Part shown: positions 1 through 6,562 of the stretch, piece after piece
Numbering within the stretch: the first letter of the stretch is position 1
How the letters are laid out: every line of letters begins with the position of its first letter
Virus record (IMG/VR): IMGVR_UViG_3300006899_000004
Source of the DNA: an uncultured virus (IMG/VR IMGVR_UViG_3300006899_000004)
Lineage: Duplodnaviria; Heunggongvirae; Uroviricota; Caudoviricetes
DNA length: 20,000 nucleotides
Reading direction: 5' to 3' (one strand)
Program-made: the position numbers and the translations under genes
The notes under the pieces: model-generated
Database searches by the model: none
Seen by the model: only the letters and a program-made list of their open reading frames with translations
What the model was told of the DNA's origin: nothing

Positions 1-1
1 C

Positions 2-448
2 GCGGCTCCGGCGCACCTCGCCAAGGTCGCCAAGGCGCAGCAGAAGCTCGCCCCTCTCTCGGACAGCGAGAAGATGCTCTTCGAGAGCGTCGTCAGCGAG
101 CTCAACAACGTGCCCGGTCGACTCGCCCTCTTCGGAGCGTACCTGGGCATCAAGGCCCGAGCGCTCTCGACGGTCGCTTCGCGGCACCGCGACATCCGAT
201 CCGGTGATCGGGTCCAGGTGATCGCTCCCACCTCCCGGTTCTACGGGTGCACCGGCGTGGTGACGAAGGCCGCCGAGATCCGAGCGTACGTCCGGTTCGA
301 CGGTGCGGGCCCCGCGACGCCGGACGGGTACTTCTTCCTCGCCGATCTCGCTCACGCTCCGGAGCAGGACGCAGAGCCGGAGTTCTTCGAGGATCACATG
401 GAGGAGCCCGAGGTCATCGAGGGCGAGCAGGATCTCGACGGCGAGTGA
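2..448 (+). CDS. KOW/SH3-motif protein with acidic tail, 5'-truncated; paralog of 4982..5647
   Basis: Frame is open from position 2 (AAPAHLAKVAKAQQKLAPLS...) through the track ORF 74..448. Contains IRSGDRVQV...RFYGCTGVVT...IRAYV (KOW-like). Strong GC3 bias; terminator follows. Confidence 0.8.
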   Translation, partial: AAPAHLAKVAKAQQKLAPLSDSEKMLFESVVSELNNVPGRLALFGAYLGIKARALSTVASRHRDIRSGDRVQVIAPTSRFYGCTGVVTKAAEIRAYVRFDGAGPATPDGYFFLADLAHAPEQDAEPEFFEDHMEEPEVIEGEQDLDGE

Positions 449-465
449 TCGCCAAGAAGTGAAGT

Positions 466-505
466 GAAACCTCCGGAGCGACATCGCTCCGGAGGTTTCC
501 TTTTT
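466..505 (+). terminator. Intrinsic terminator
   Basis: GAAACCTCCGGAGCG-ACAT-CGCTCCGGAGGTTTC followed by CTTTTT. Confidence 0.85.
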
Positions 506-507
506 CT

Positions 508-536
508 GTGTAACGTTGTTCCGAGTGTGATAGTGT
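508..536 (+). promoter_or_regulatory. Recurrent promoter motif
   Basis: GTGTAA-N17-TAGTGT directly after the terminator. Confidence 0.65.
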
Positions 537-557
537 TTATTCAAGAGGTACAGTTCA

Positions 558-645
558 GTTTCAGAAAAGAGTCAGAGAGACTGGTCACATGCCAGTGACA
601 CTTCGCTGAAGAAGTTTCCGGAACTCTCTGACTCTTTTCTGAAAC
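558..645. repeat. Perfect 22-bp inverted repeat enclosing small hairpins (structured leader or ncRNA candidate)
   Basis: GTTTCAGAAAAGAGTCAGAGAG (558-579) / CTCTCTGACTCTTTTCTGAAAC (624-645), 44-nt interior. Confidence 0.85.
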
Positions 646-669
646 AGACACTCTGAGGAGCGCTGGCAC

Positions 670-1104
670 ATGATAATCATCCAACCCCAGTTCGCAGCGA
701 GAACCGATCTCGCAAACGGAAAGTGCAACAACCCTGACTTTCTGGTGTTGCTGCTCACCTTTAACGGTGTTCTGACACACAAGCAGATACACGACAGTCT
801 CGCCGCCTGGCGGGGCATCCCTCTCAACAAAAAGACGAAGACGTCGTATCTGACCGACCATACGTACGGTTACGTCGGTCGCGACAGATATGGCAATGCA
901 CCCGAAGGGATCATCTTCCACGAGGGCGCACTGTTCAAACACTGGTGGTGGCGTCCTCAGCGAGGTCACTACATGCTCACGTTCAAGGGTGACGCACGAG
1001 GATCGATGTTGATCGCTTCCGTCGACAGTAAGAAGCTCAACACGCTCAAGGGTCCCATCGTACCTGCATTCGATTTCTTCAGATCAGCGCTGGTTTCGCA
1101 ATGA
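670..1104 (+). CDS. Hypothetical protein (144 aa)
   Basis: ORF with GAGGAG RBS upstream; ATGA overlap with next ORF. Confidence 0.75.
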   Translation: MIIIQPQFAARTDLANGKCNNPDFLVLLLTFNGVLTHKQIHDSLAAWRGIPLNKKTKTSYLTDHTYGYVGRDRYGNAPEGIIFHEGALFKHWWWRPQRGHYMLTFKGDARGSMLIASVDSKKLNTLKGPIVPAFDFFRSALVSQ

Positions 1105-1283
1105 ACAGATCTGATCCGCTCCCGCTGGGCGCGACGTGCCAACACCCTAACATGGAACAAGACGGTTGTCACTTCTTCTGTCCCGATTGTGATTTGTATT
1201 GGGACGAGAACGAGGGTGGACCTCCTTGGTACGATTACATCTTAGACTACGATGCAGCTCCGCTGCCCAAGCCCACCGAGTGA
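1101..1283 (+). CDS. Small putative zinc-ribbon protein
   Basis: CQH...FFCPDCDLYW motif; translationally coupled; terminator follows. Confidence 0.65.
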   Translation: MNRSDPLPLGATCQHPNMEQDGCHFFCPDCDLYWDENEGGPPWYDYILDYDAAPLPKPTE

Positions 1284-1334
1284 CTCAGGAATATTCTTTG
1301 TCACTTTGATTGTGGCAACCCAACAGACAAATCA

Positions 1335-1365
1335 AAAGCCCACGAGTGAGACACTCGTGGGCTTT
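1335..1365. terminator. Probable bidirectional terminator between convergent genes
   Basis: AAAGCCCACGAGTG-AGA-CACTCGTGGGCTTT. Confidence 0.75.
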
Positions 1366-1541
1366 CTAGTTCGACCTTGATATTGTTTTGTCAGTTGCTT
1401 TCGAAACCAGTCTGGGGGCGCTGCGCGTTAACGCAGAGCTTCAAATGTCTTGATTCGAATGAGCGTTCTGAGACTTCGGAAAGTGCAATTCACGGGCAGC
1501 GCACGCGCGCGCGCGCGAGAAGCGCACAGCTTCACTCAGAA

Positions 1542-2210
1542 TCAAGAAAACGTCGTAGACAAGAAGGTGCTGCTCGCGTTCTTTTTGTCGAAGACTGCTT
1601 CTTGGTTCGATGCAAGAGCCTTGAACACGTCAACATATCTGTCGAAATCACTTGGCGTGATAGAGGGATCGATGTTCGCCAACGCGCGTTCTTTTTCGTG
1701 CTGACGCTCTTTTGGCAACTTGATCGCAACAAGCGCCGAAGACAGAAGCACGTTGTTTTGATCAAGCAACTGAACGTACTTCAGCGCTTGCTCGAAGTCA
1801 AACGGCAGCTTCTTAGCAAGCCCAGCTTCGATGACGCTTGAAACCAATTTGTCAATGTAAGACTTCAAGTACTTACGCTCATCGAACATAAGGTGCACGA
1901 AGTCTTTCTGATCTTCCTGGAAGAGCGCTGTCGCAGCAAGGATGTGTGGATCAAGCGCGAGTTTGCTCAATTCATTTCGTTTGTTCACAGATACGATCAT
2001 CTGTATCGGTGGATCACCCACCTGAAGATGGATCGACTTTTGAAAAAGAGTCACTCGGCGCTGGGTGGCCAAGCTCATGAGTTCGTTCAAGGAAATCGAA
2101 CCCGGAACTAGAGGGTTCGAGATCACGCCATTCTCTTCTGTGATCGCAGCAGATGCTTTGAGCATCGTCGACGGCGTGAGATGACCCTCAATCGCTACGA
2201 TCTTTCGCAT
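1542..2210 (-). CDS. Hypothetical helical protein; C-terminus probably frameshifted
   Basis: Track ORF 1542..2222, likely ATG at 2210 (MRKIVAIEG). A -1 shift at the A5 run (+ strand T5 near 1582-1586) would continue as KKEREQHLLVYDVFLILSEAVRF. Confidence 0.65.
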   Translation of the reverse strand: MRKIVAIEGHLTPSTMLKASAAITEENGVISNPLVPGSISLNELMSLATQRRVTLFQKSIHLQVGDPPIQMIVSVNKRNELSKLALDPHILAATALFQEDQKDFVHLMFDERKYLKSYIDKLVSSVIEAGLAKKLPFDFEQALKYVQLLDQNNVLLSSALVAIKLPKERQHEKERALANIDPSITPSDFDRYVDVFKALASNQEAVFDKKNASSTFLSTTFS

Positions 2211-2362
2211 TCCGTCAGACACTTGTTGGTTCTACGTTCTGCACGCTTTCGAGCGCGCTTTGATTGTTTCTTGGTTGGACCGGGATTCAGATAGTATTGG
2301 CTTTCCCAGAAATCACTTCTCGCTGCGTTCACACTCTTGACACTCTTGTTGAGCTGCTTCAT
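2195..2362 (-). CDS. Small basic hypothetical protein (55 aa), not in the ORF track
   Basis: Manual translation MKQLNKSVKSVNAARSDFWESQYYLNPGPTKKQSKRARKRAERRTNKCLTECERS*; sits just downstream of a promoter motif. Confidence 0.6.
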   Translation of the reverse strand: MKQLNKSVKSVNAARSDFWESQYYLNPGPTKKQSKRARKRAERRTNKCLTECERS

Positions 2363-2374
2363 ATCTGTATGTAT

Positions 2375-2403
2375 AGATTACTGTACCAGACCCAACTGTG
2401 CAC
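2375..2403 (-). promoter_or_regulatory. Recurrent promoter motif
   Basis: Minus strand GTGCAC-N17-TAATCT. Confidence 0.6.
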
Positions 2404-2420
2404 TATCAGCACACAGTGTG

Positions 2421-2690
2421 TTATGGGATGTACAAGATCTGTTTAGAGCTAACCTCAATGTGCTCTCGAGTCCATAGTTCAAATATAATTTTTTTGACTT
2501 CTTTACGATCAAATCCCTCTGTTGCGAGTTCTGTTCGTAACTGTTCAGAAGTGTAACTCTTGTCTCTGATCTTTCTTAAGATCAGATCTTGAAGATCGTT
2601 GTCAGTACCCACACTTCTCACACGACCCGTTTTTTGACGGAATACTGATGTGAACAAATCCTCGGGCGTTTCGCGCTGGTCGCTGCTCAT
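2421..2690 (-). CDS. Hypothetical protein, possible winged-helix
   Basis: 89-aa ORF; LQDLILRKIR...SEQLRTEL...EVKKIIFELW...HIEV pattern resembles a wHTH (inference). Confidence 0.6.
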   Translation of the reverse strand: MSSDQRETPEDLFTSVFRQKTGRVRSVGTDNDLQDLILRKIRDKSYTSEQLRTELATEGFDRKEVKKIIFELWTREHIEVSSKQILYIP

Positions 2691-2708
2691 AGACTAAAAG
2701 TACCACCT

Positions 2709-3095
2709 TTATCGCTTAGGTGCACTCCCAAACTTCTTCAAGAATTCTTCGACAAATTCAGAAGAACAGTCAAGAGAGACAAAGTCATCACCTTGCATTC
2801 CTGCTTCTGAATAGCCAACAGACTTGACAAGTGCATCTGCAAAGCCCATCTTCTTGAGCTCGGCGTGAAGATCTTTCAACCAACCCTCGTCTGTGTAGAT
2901 CAGATCGTGCTTGTCAACGTCCCAATCGCTGGTGTTGAAATACGCGCGGAGATCTCCAATCTTCTCCTTCGTCTTTTTATCGACGAAATATCTCATCTCG
3001 AGCGCATAGATCTCCACTGACTTCTTCTGACGCGTCCAGAAGCCGTTTCCAGTCGTTGTGGCTTTAAAAGCCACTTTCGTTTCCACGGAGGGCAT
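2709..3095 (-). CDS. Phage-type hypothetical protein (128 aa)
   Basis: Clean ORF in a minus-strand run; LIYTD..W and YSEAGMQG motifs. Confidence 0.8.
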   Translation of the reverse strand: MPSVETKVAFKATTTGNGFWTRQKKSVEIYALEMRYFVDKKTKEKIGDLRAYFNTSDWDVDKHDLIYTDEGWLKDLHAELKKMGFADALVKSVGYSEAGMQGDDFVSLDCSSEFVEEFLKKFGSAPKR

Positions 3096-3449
3096 TTGTG
3101 ATTTCCAGTGCTTGTTTAACGTTTCCAGTCGTTGTGGCTTTTGATGTACGGCTTCTTGAGCGGCTCCGAGGGGGCGTCCTTGTAGTCGTCCAACGACTCC
3201 TGGAGGTCCGCGATGATCTCCCGCTGCTCGTCAACGTCCCCCTTCGCCGCGAGCCACATGGCCATCAGGTCGTAGACCCCCTGATCGGTGCGGGCCAGTT
3301 CGGAAGCCTGCACGATGAAGTCTTGAGCGAGCCCCGCGTTCCCCATGGCAACCATGATCGTCGCGAGGTTCATCACCTGCTCGGGGGTCGTGTGGAACGG
3401 GATCATAGGGTACCTCGGTACTTTCCTGTGCTTGTTTAACGTTTCCAGT
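3044..3449. repeat. Interlocking direct repeats sharing the core CGTTTCCAGT
   Basis: CGTTTCCAGTCGTTGTGGCTTT at 3044-3065 and 3120-3141; TTTCC(A/T)GTGCTTGTTTAACGTTTCCAGT at 3102-3129 and 3422-3449. Confidence 0.9.
3116..3406 (-). CDS. High-GC hypothetical protein, probably a captured and truncated bacterial gene
   Basis: 96-aa ORF with GAGG RBS; visibly higher GC than neighbours; last residues (SHNDWKR) are encoded by the repeat. Confidence 0.75.
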   Translation of the reverse strand: MIPFHTTPEQVMNLATIMVAMGNAGLAQDFIVQASELARTDQGVYDLMAMWLAAKGDVDEQREIIADLQESLDDYKDAPSEPLKKPYIKSHNDWKR

Positions 3450-3927
3450 TCAACTGGTCTGCTTTGACGATGCTGATCTTGTTGTTCACGACACTGATAA
3501 GACCTTGATCTCTATCGCTCTCCCCTTGCCACGCGACAGCACCGCTGAGCACTCGACCCCACGGAATAAAGAAAGTAGCGATCAGATACTCGAGCCACTC
3601 GATGTAGTCATAAAACTTTTCCGACCCATTCCAGCCCAACTCGTCTCCCTCGGGAACTGGCGCCCAATCACACCAGAGACCAGGCTGACCTACTGGAGGC
3701 TTGTTCATATCTGCGACGGTAGAGTCATCTGCGCCAGTGTAGAAACATCCCTCTTCTCCGACGGGAAGAAGAACAGCTTCTCGGACGGGATCAGAGAGAG
3801 CCGCTGTCTTCTCGGTGTGACGCTTCATTCGTCGTGAATCAGAAAACGCATTGAGATACAGAGTCTGTTCACGTGAAAGACAAGGAGTGATCTTGAACAC
3901 TCCCTTGAACTCAGTCGTGTATCCCAT
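3436..3927 (-). CDS. Phage-type conserved hypothetical protein (163 aa)
   Basis: AGGAG RBS; MGYTTEFKG...QPGLWCDW...WNGSEKFYDYIEWLEYLI...W.GE pattern familiar from phage hypotheticals. Confidence 0.85.
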   Translation of the reverse strand: MGYTTEFKGVFKITPCLSREQTLYLNAFSDSRRMKRHTEKTAALSDPVREAVLLPVGEEGCFYTGADDSTVADMNKPPVGQPGLWCDWAPVPEGDELGWNGSEKFYDYIEWLEYLIATFFIPWGRVLSGAVAWQGESDRDQGLISVVNNKISIVKADQLNWKR

Positions 3928-3974
3928 TTTGCTCTCCTTTTAACACAGACGTAAATTTGTTGTCTGTTCTACGG

Positions 3975-4047
3975 TGGGAGCCGTGGGGCTCGAACCCACG
4001 ACCTACGGGTTAAAAGCCCGCAGCTCTACCGACTGAGCTAGACTCCC
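3975..4047 (-). tRNA. tRNA-Lys (TTT)
   Basis: GGGAGTC/GGCTCCC acceptor stem, TAGCTCAGTCGGTAGAGC D-arm, GCGGG-CTTTTAA-CCCGT anticodon arm, GTGGG-TTCGAGC-CCCAC T-arm. Discriminator A is followed by CCG, so CCA is not encoded. Confidence 0.95.
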
Positions 4048-4110
4048 AGGTGCAGGATTTTGCTCTGGAGCGGAATCACAGAGCGGGCTCCTGCGGACCC
4101 AAGTCAAGCC

Positions 4111-4578
4111 TCAGTCGTCGAACTCGGGCACTTCCTGGAAGGCAGAGTCACAGAACGTTCGAACGGTTCGAAGATCGTTCTTCTGACCGGGGAAGAGCTC
4201 CCGAGCGGTATCGAAGAACATCGTTCTGATCTGCCCCTCGCGGACCCCGCCCTCCTCGGAGCGATCGAAGTACCAGTCCGCCGCGGCGATCAGATCGTCC
4301 TCGCTCCCAGCGGCCTTGATCATCGCGTCGAGCGCACTCGACACGGGTTTGTTCGAGACCGCGAGCGGGAAGAGGACCATCAGCACTCTCTTCACTGTGT
4401 CCTTCTCGGGACTGTTCTCCGAGAGAGAAGAACAGATCTGCTCCACCATCTCGAGCGCCGCCTTGCGCGCCTCGTCCTTGTCGCCGAAAGCAGCGACGAA
4501 GTGGGTGAGCGCTCGTCGAAGGACCGATCCCTGCTTCGCCGGAACACGCCGGCGATCGTTGTTGTTGTTCTGCTTCAT
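4111..4578 (-). CDS. Hypothetical protein (155 aa)
   Basis: GGAG RBS, GC3-biased codons, promoter motif upstream. Confidence 0.8.
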   Translation of the reverse strand: MKQNNNNDRRRVPAKQGSVLRRALTHFVAAFGDKDEARKAALEMVEQICSSLSENSPEKDTVKRVLMVLFPLAVSNKPVSSALDAMIKAAGSEDDLIAAADWYFDRSEEGGVREGQIRTMFFDTARELFPGQKNDLRTVRTFCDSAFQEVPEFDD

Positions 4579-4622
4579 GAGTTGATCTCCAAAGCGGCTA
4601 TAGCCGCACTCCTTACTCTCTT

Positions 4623-4651
4623 AATCTAACCTTTGAGAAGCAACCGTACAC
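4623..4651 (-). promoter_or_regulatory. Recurrent promoter motif
   Basis: Minus strand GTGTAC-N17-TAGATT. Confidence 0.65.
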
Positions 4652-4658
4652 TCTTGCT

Positions 4659-4774
4659 CTTTCCCTCTTTCTCCCTCAGTGACACACAGATTAATCGTTG
4701 TGCTGAGACTTAAGTAGCTATGGTCAGCCGCTCAAAAGTTTTTCTGTGTGTCACTGAGGGAGAAAGAGGGAAAG
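4659..4774. repeat. Perfect 32-bp inverted repeat with 52-nt spacer
   Basis: CTTTCCCTCTTTCTCCCTCAGTGACACACAGA (4659-4690) / TCTGTGTGTCACTGAGGGAGAAAGAGGGAAAG (4743-4774). Confidence 0.9.
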
Positions 4775-4827
4775 GCCCGGGACCTTCGCGCGCGTGTACG
4801 CGCGAGAGGTTCACCGAGCCTGTTTCT

Positions 4828-4932
4828 TCACCAGTGCTTGAGAACGAAGTGGATGATCACACCAGCGGCGAGGATGAACACCAGGAATCCTGCGATCAAC
4901 TGAGCGATCGCGATGAACTTCAGGAGTTTCAA
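4828..4932 (-). CDS. Small single-pass membrane protein (34 aa), not in the ORF track
   Basis: GAGG-aaac-TTG start; MKLLKFIAIAQLIAGFLVFILAAGVIIHFVLKHW*; GC3-biased. Confidence 0.65.
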   Translation of the reverse strand: MKLLKFIAIAQLIAGFLVFILAAGVIIHFVLKHW

Positions 4933-4940
4933 GTTTCCTC

Positions 4941-4974
4941 AAAGAAGCAGAGGGCGGGAGTTCCCGCCCTCTGC
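4941..4974 (-). terminator. Intrinsic terminator for 4982..5647
   Basis: GCAGAGGGCGGGA-GT-TCCCGCCCTCTGC, followed on the minus strand by TTCTTT. Confidence 0.75.
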
Positions 4975-4981
4975 GACTCTT

Positions 4982-5647
4982 TCAGCCGTTCGCCGCGGAA
5001 TCGAGCTCCTCGTCGCTCTCCTCGACCTCCGCGTCCTCGAAGTCGAGCTCCTCGGCGTCGGCGTCGACCACGTCCTTGGAGGGATCGAAGAGCTCGACGT
5101 CGCTCTTGAAGAGGTAGACCTGACGACCGATGGGCTGACCCGTCGCGCCGTCGACGATGTCGACGTAGCACCGGATCCGGTTGACCGCGGTCACGACCGC
5201 GCGGTGGCCGATGTAGCGAGGATCCGCGCTCGAGCGGATCTTCACCTGCTGACCCGGAGCGAGCTCGATGTCCTTCGAAGCCACCGTCGCCGAGAGGCGC
5301 AGGGAGTGACCCAGGTGAGCGCTGAAGATCTCGAGCTCGGCGGGGGTGTACTTGGCCTTGATGTCCTTGAGGACCTCGGCCAGCGGCGCGGAGAGAGGCA
5401 GGAGGTTCGCGGCCGCCTTGGTGACCTTGGCGAGGTGCGGCACCTTCGCGCCGGGAGCACCGGACTGCTTCGCGGCCTTCTTCGCCTCGCGAGCAGCCTT
5501 CCGCTCGGCGCGCTCTCGCTCGAGCTGCTTCTTCTTCGCCTCGCGCTCCTCCGGCGTGAGCTTCACGCGGGGAGCGACGGGAGCGAGCTTGGTGATCTGG
5601 ACCTGGGCGAGGGCGTTGTTGAGGATCTCGGTCGTGGGATTGCTCAT
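4982..5647 (-). CDS. KOW/SH3-motif protein with basic coiled N-terminus and acidic tail
   Basis: LAPGQQVKI...RYIGHRAVVT...IRCYV; strong GC3 bias; aligns by eye to 2..448. Confidence 0.85.
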   Translation of the reverse strand: MSNPTTEILNNALAQVQITKLAPVAPRVKLTPEEREAKKKQLERERAERKAAREAKKAAKQSGAPGAKVPHLAKVTKAAANLLPLSAPLAEVLKDIKAKYTPAELEIFSAHLGHSLRLSATVASKDIELAPGQQVKIRSSADPRYIGHRAVVTAVNRIRCYVDIVDGATGQPIGRQVYLFKSDVELFDPSKDVVDADAEELDFEDAEVEESDEELDSAANG

Positions 5648-5738
5648 GGAAAACCTTCTTTCTGATTTTGGTGTGAAACTTGTGACTTGCAGCTGGCTGC
5701 TTTCCGCAACATTGCATCAGCAGCATCAACCTGAACCA

Positions 5739-5767
5739 GTTGTACCCTTTTTGGGTGAGTGTTGCAC
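5739..5767 (-). promoter_or_regulatory. Recurrent promoter motif (near-consensus)
   Basis: Minus strand GTGCAA-N17-TACAAC. Confidence 0.55.
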
Positions 5768-5769
5768 CC

Positions 5770-6198
5770 TCAATTGAGGTGCCGAAAGTCGGAGGACGCC
5801 GCGGCGCTGATGGGCAGAGTGATAGTGTCACTCGAGGGCACCAGCTGGGGAACCGCAGGGTCAGACACGGTCAGCTTGACCGTGATCTTATCACGAGCGA
5901 TCTCGGTGACCTCGGCCTGGCCATTGCCGATACCAAACGTGACGCGCTCACCCACGCGCAGGCGGCGCGTAGAAGAAAGTACACTCTCGTGCACGTCGAC
6001 CGCGCTAGAGAAGATGTGAAACGTACCCCCGGCGATCGCCGAGGTGATGATCTCGTCGAGACCAGCGCGGAGAGCAGCGTGGTACTTGTTACGCATCGCT
6101 TCCGTGTATGCGGTAGACCCGCTGTGCATCTCGTCTGCGGTTTTGCACAGCGAGTTGTAGTGGAAATTGAGCAGAGCGATGAAATGAATGCCGTTCAT
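5770..6198 (-). CDS. Divergent KOW/SH3-motif protein
   Basis: HIFSSAV...LSSTRRLRVGERVTF...QAEVTEIARDKITVKL parallels EIFSAHL...VASKDIELAPGQQVKI of the neighbour. Confidence 0.7.
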   Translation of the reverse strand: MNGIHFIALLNFHYNSLCKTADEMHSGSTAYTEAMRNKYHAALRAGLDEIITSAIAGGTFHIFSSAVDVHESVLSSTRRLRVGERVTFGIGNGQAEVTEIARDKITVKLTVSDPAVPQLVPSSDTITLPISAAASSDFRHLN

Positions 6199-6204
6199 GT
6201 CTCC

Positions 6205-6233
6205 ACTCTAACACTCAAAGGTGCAGAGTTCAC
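6205..6233 (-). promoter_or_regulatory. Recurrent promoter motif, probably leaderless
   Basis: Minus strand GTGAAC-N17-TAGAGT; ATG 6 nt downstream. Confidence 0.65.
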
Positions 6234-6279
6234 TGAGTCAAAACAGCAAGAATATTCGCAGTTGAATTTTGAGTGCAAA

Positions 6280-6308
6280 GTGTAAAGTACACGCGCAGAA
6301 GGTACAAT
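6280..6308 (+). promoter_or_regulatory. Recurrent promoter motif, probably leaderless
   Basis: GTGTAA-N17-TACAAT; ATG at 6314. Confidence 0.65.
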
Positions 6309-6313
6309 GTGAC

Positions 6314-6499
6314 ATGCATAGCAAGACTGAATTCATGGCAAAACACAATCTTCCAGAGAACTCTGACCGGTTCTTCGAAAAGAACGGAGAAAACGACCAG
6401 ATCTACATGACTCTTTCAGGCAAGTTTTCAAACACTTACAAAGACATCACGCCAGAACTTATCGCTTGGCTCAAACTCACAGCTAAGTTGTTCACTTGA
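6314..6499 (+). CDS. Small hypothetical protein (61 aa)
   Basis: Track ORF 6269..6499; start re-assigned to ATG 6314 from the promoter position. Confidence 0.6.
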   Translation: MHSKTEFMAKHNLPENSDRFFEKNGENDQIYMTLSGKFSNTYKDITPELIAWLKLTAKLFT

Positions 6500-6506
6500 A
6501 AGCTAA

Positions 6507-6535
6507 GTGAACAGCTCTGCGAAACATAGTAAACT
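6507..6535 (+). promoter_or_regulatory. Recurrent promoter motif
   Basis: GTGAAC-N17-TAAACT upstream of the RadA-like gene. Confidence 0.65.
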
Positions 6536-6562
6536 ATTCTCTCTACCCACAGGAGACCAAAC

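Noticed and set aside
3975..4047. tRNA as prophage attachment site
   Set aside because: No duplicated tRNA 3' end or integrase in the window; phage-like genes and the same promoter motif occur on both sides.
4060..6285. Long overlapping ORFs (4060..4629+, 4913..5665+, 4929..5831-, 5740..6285+)
   Set aside because: Shadow ORFs of GC3-biased genes; no RBS or promoter support and unnatural composition.
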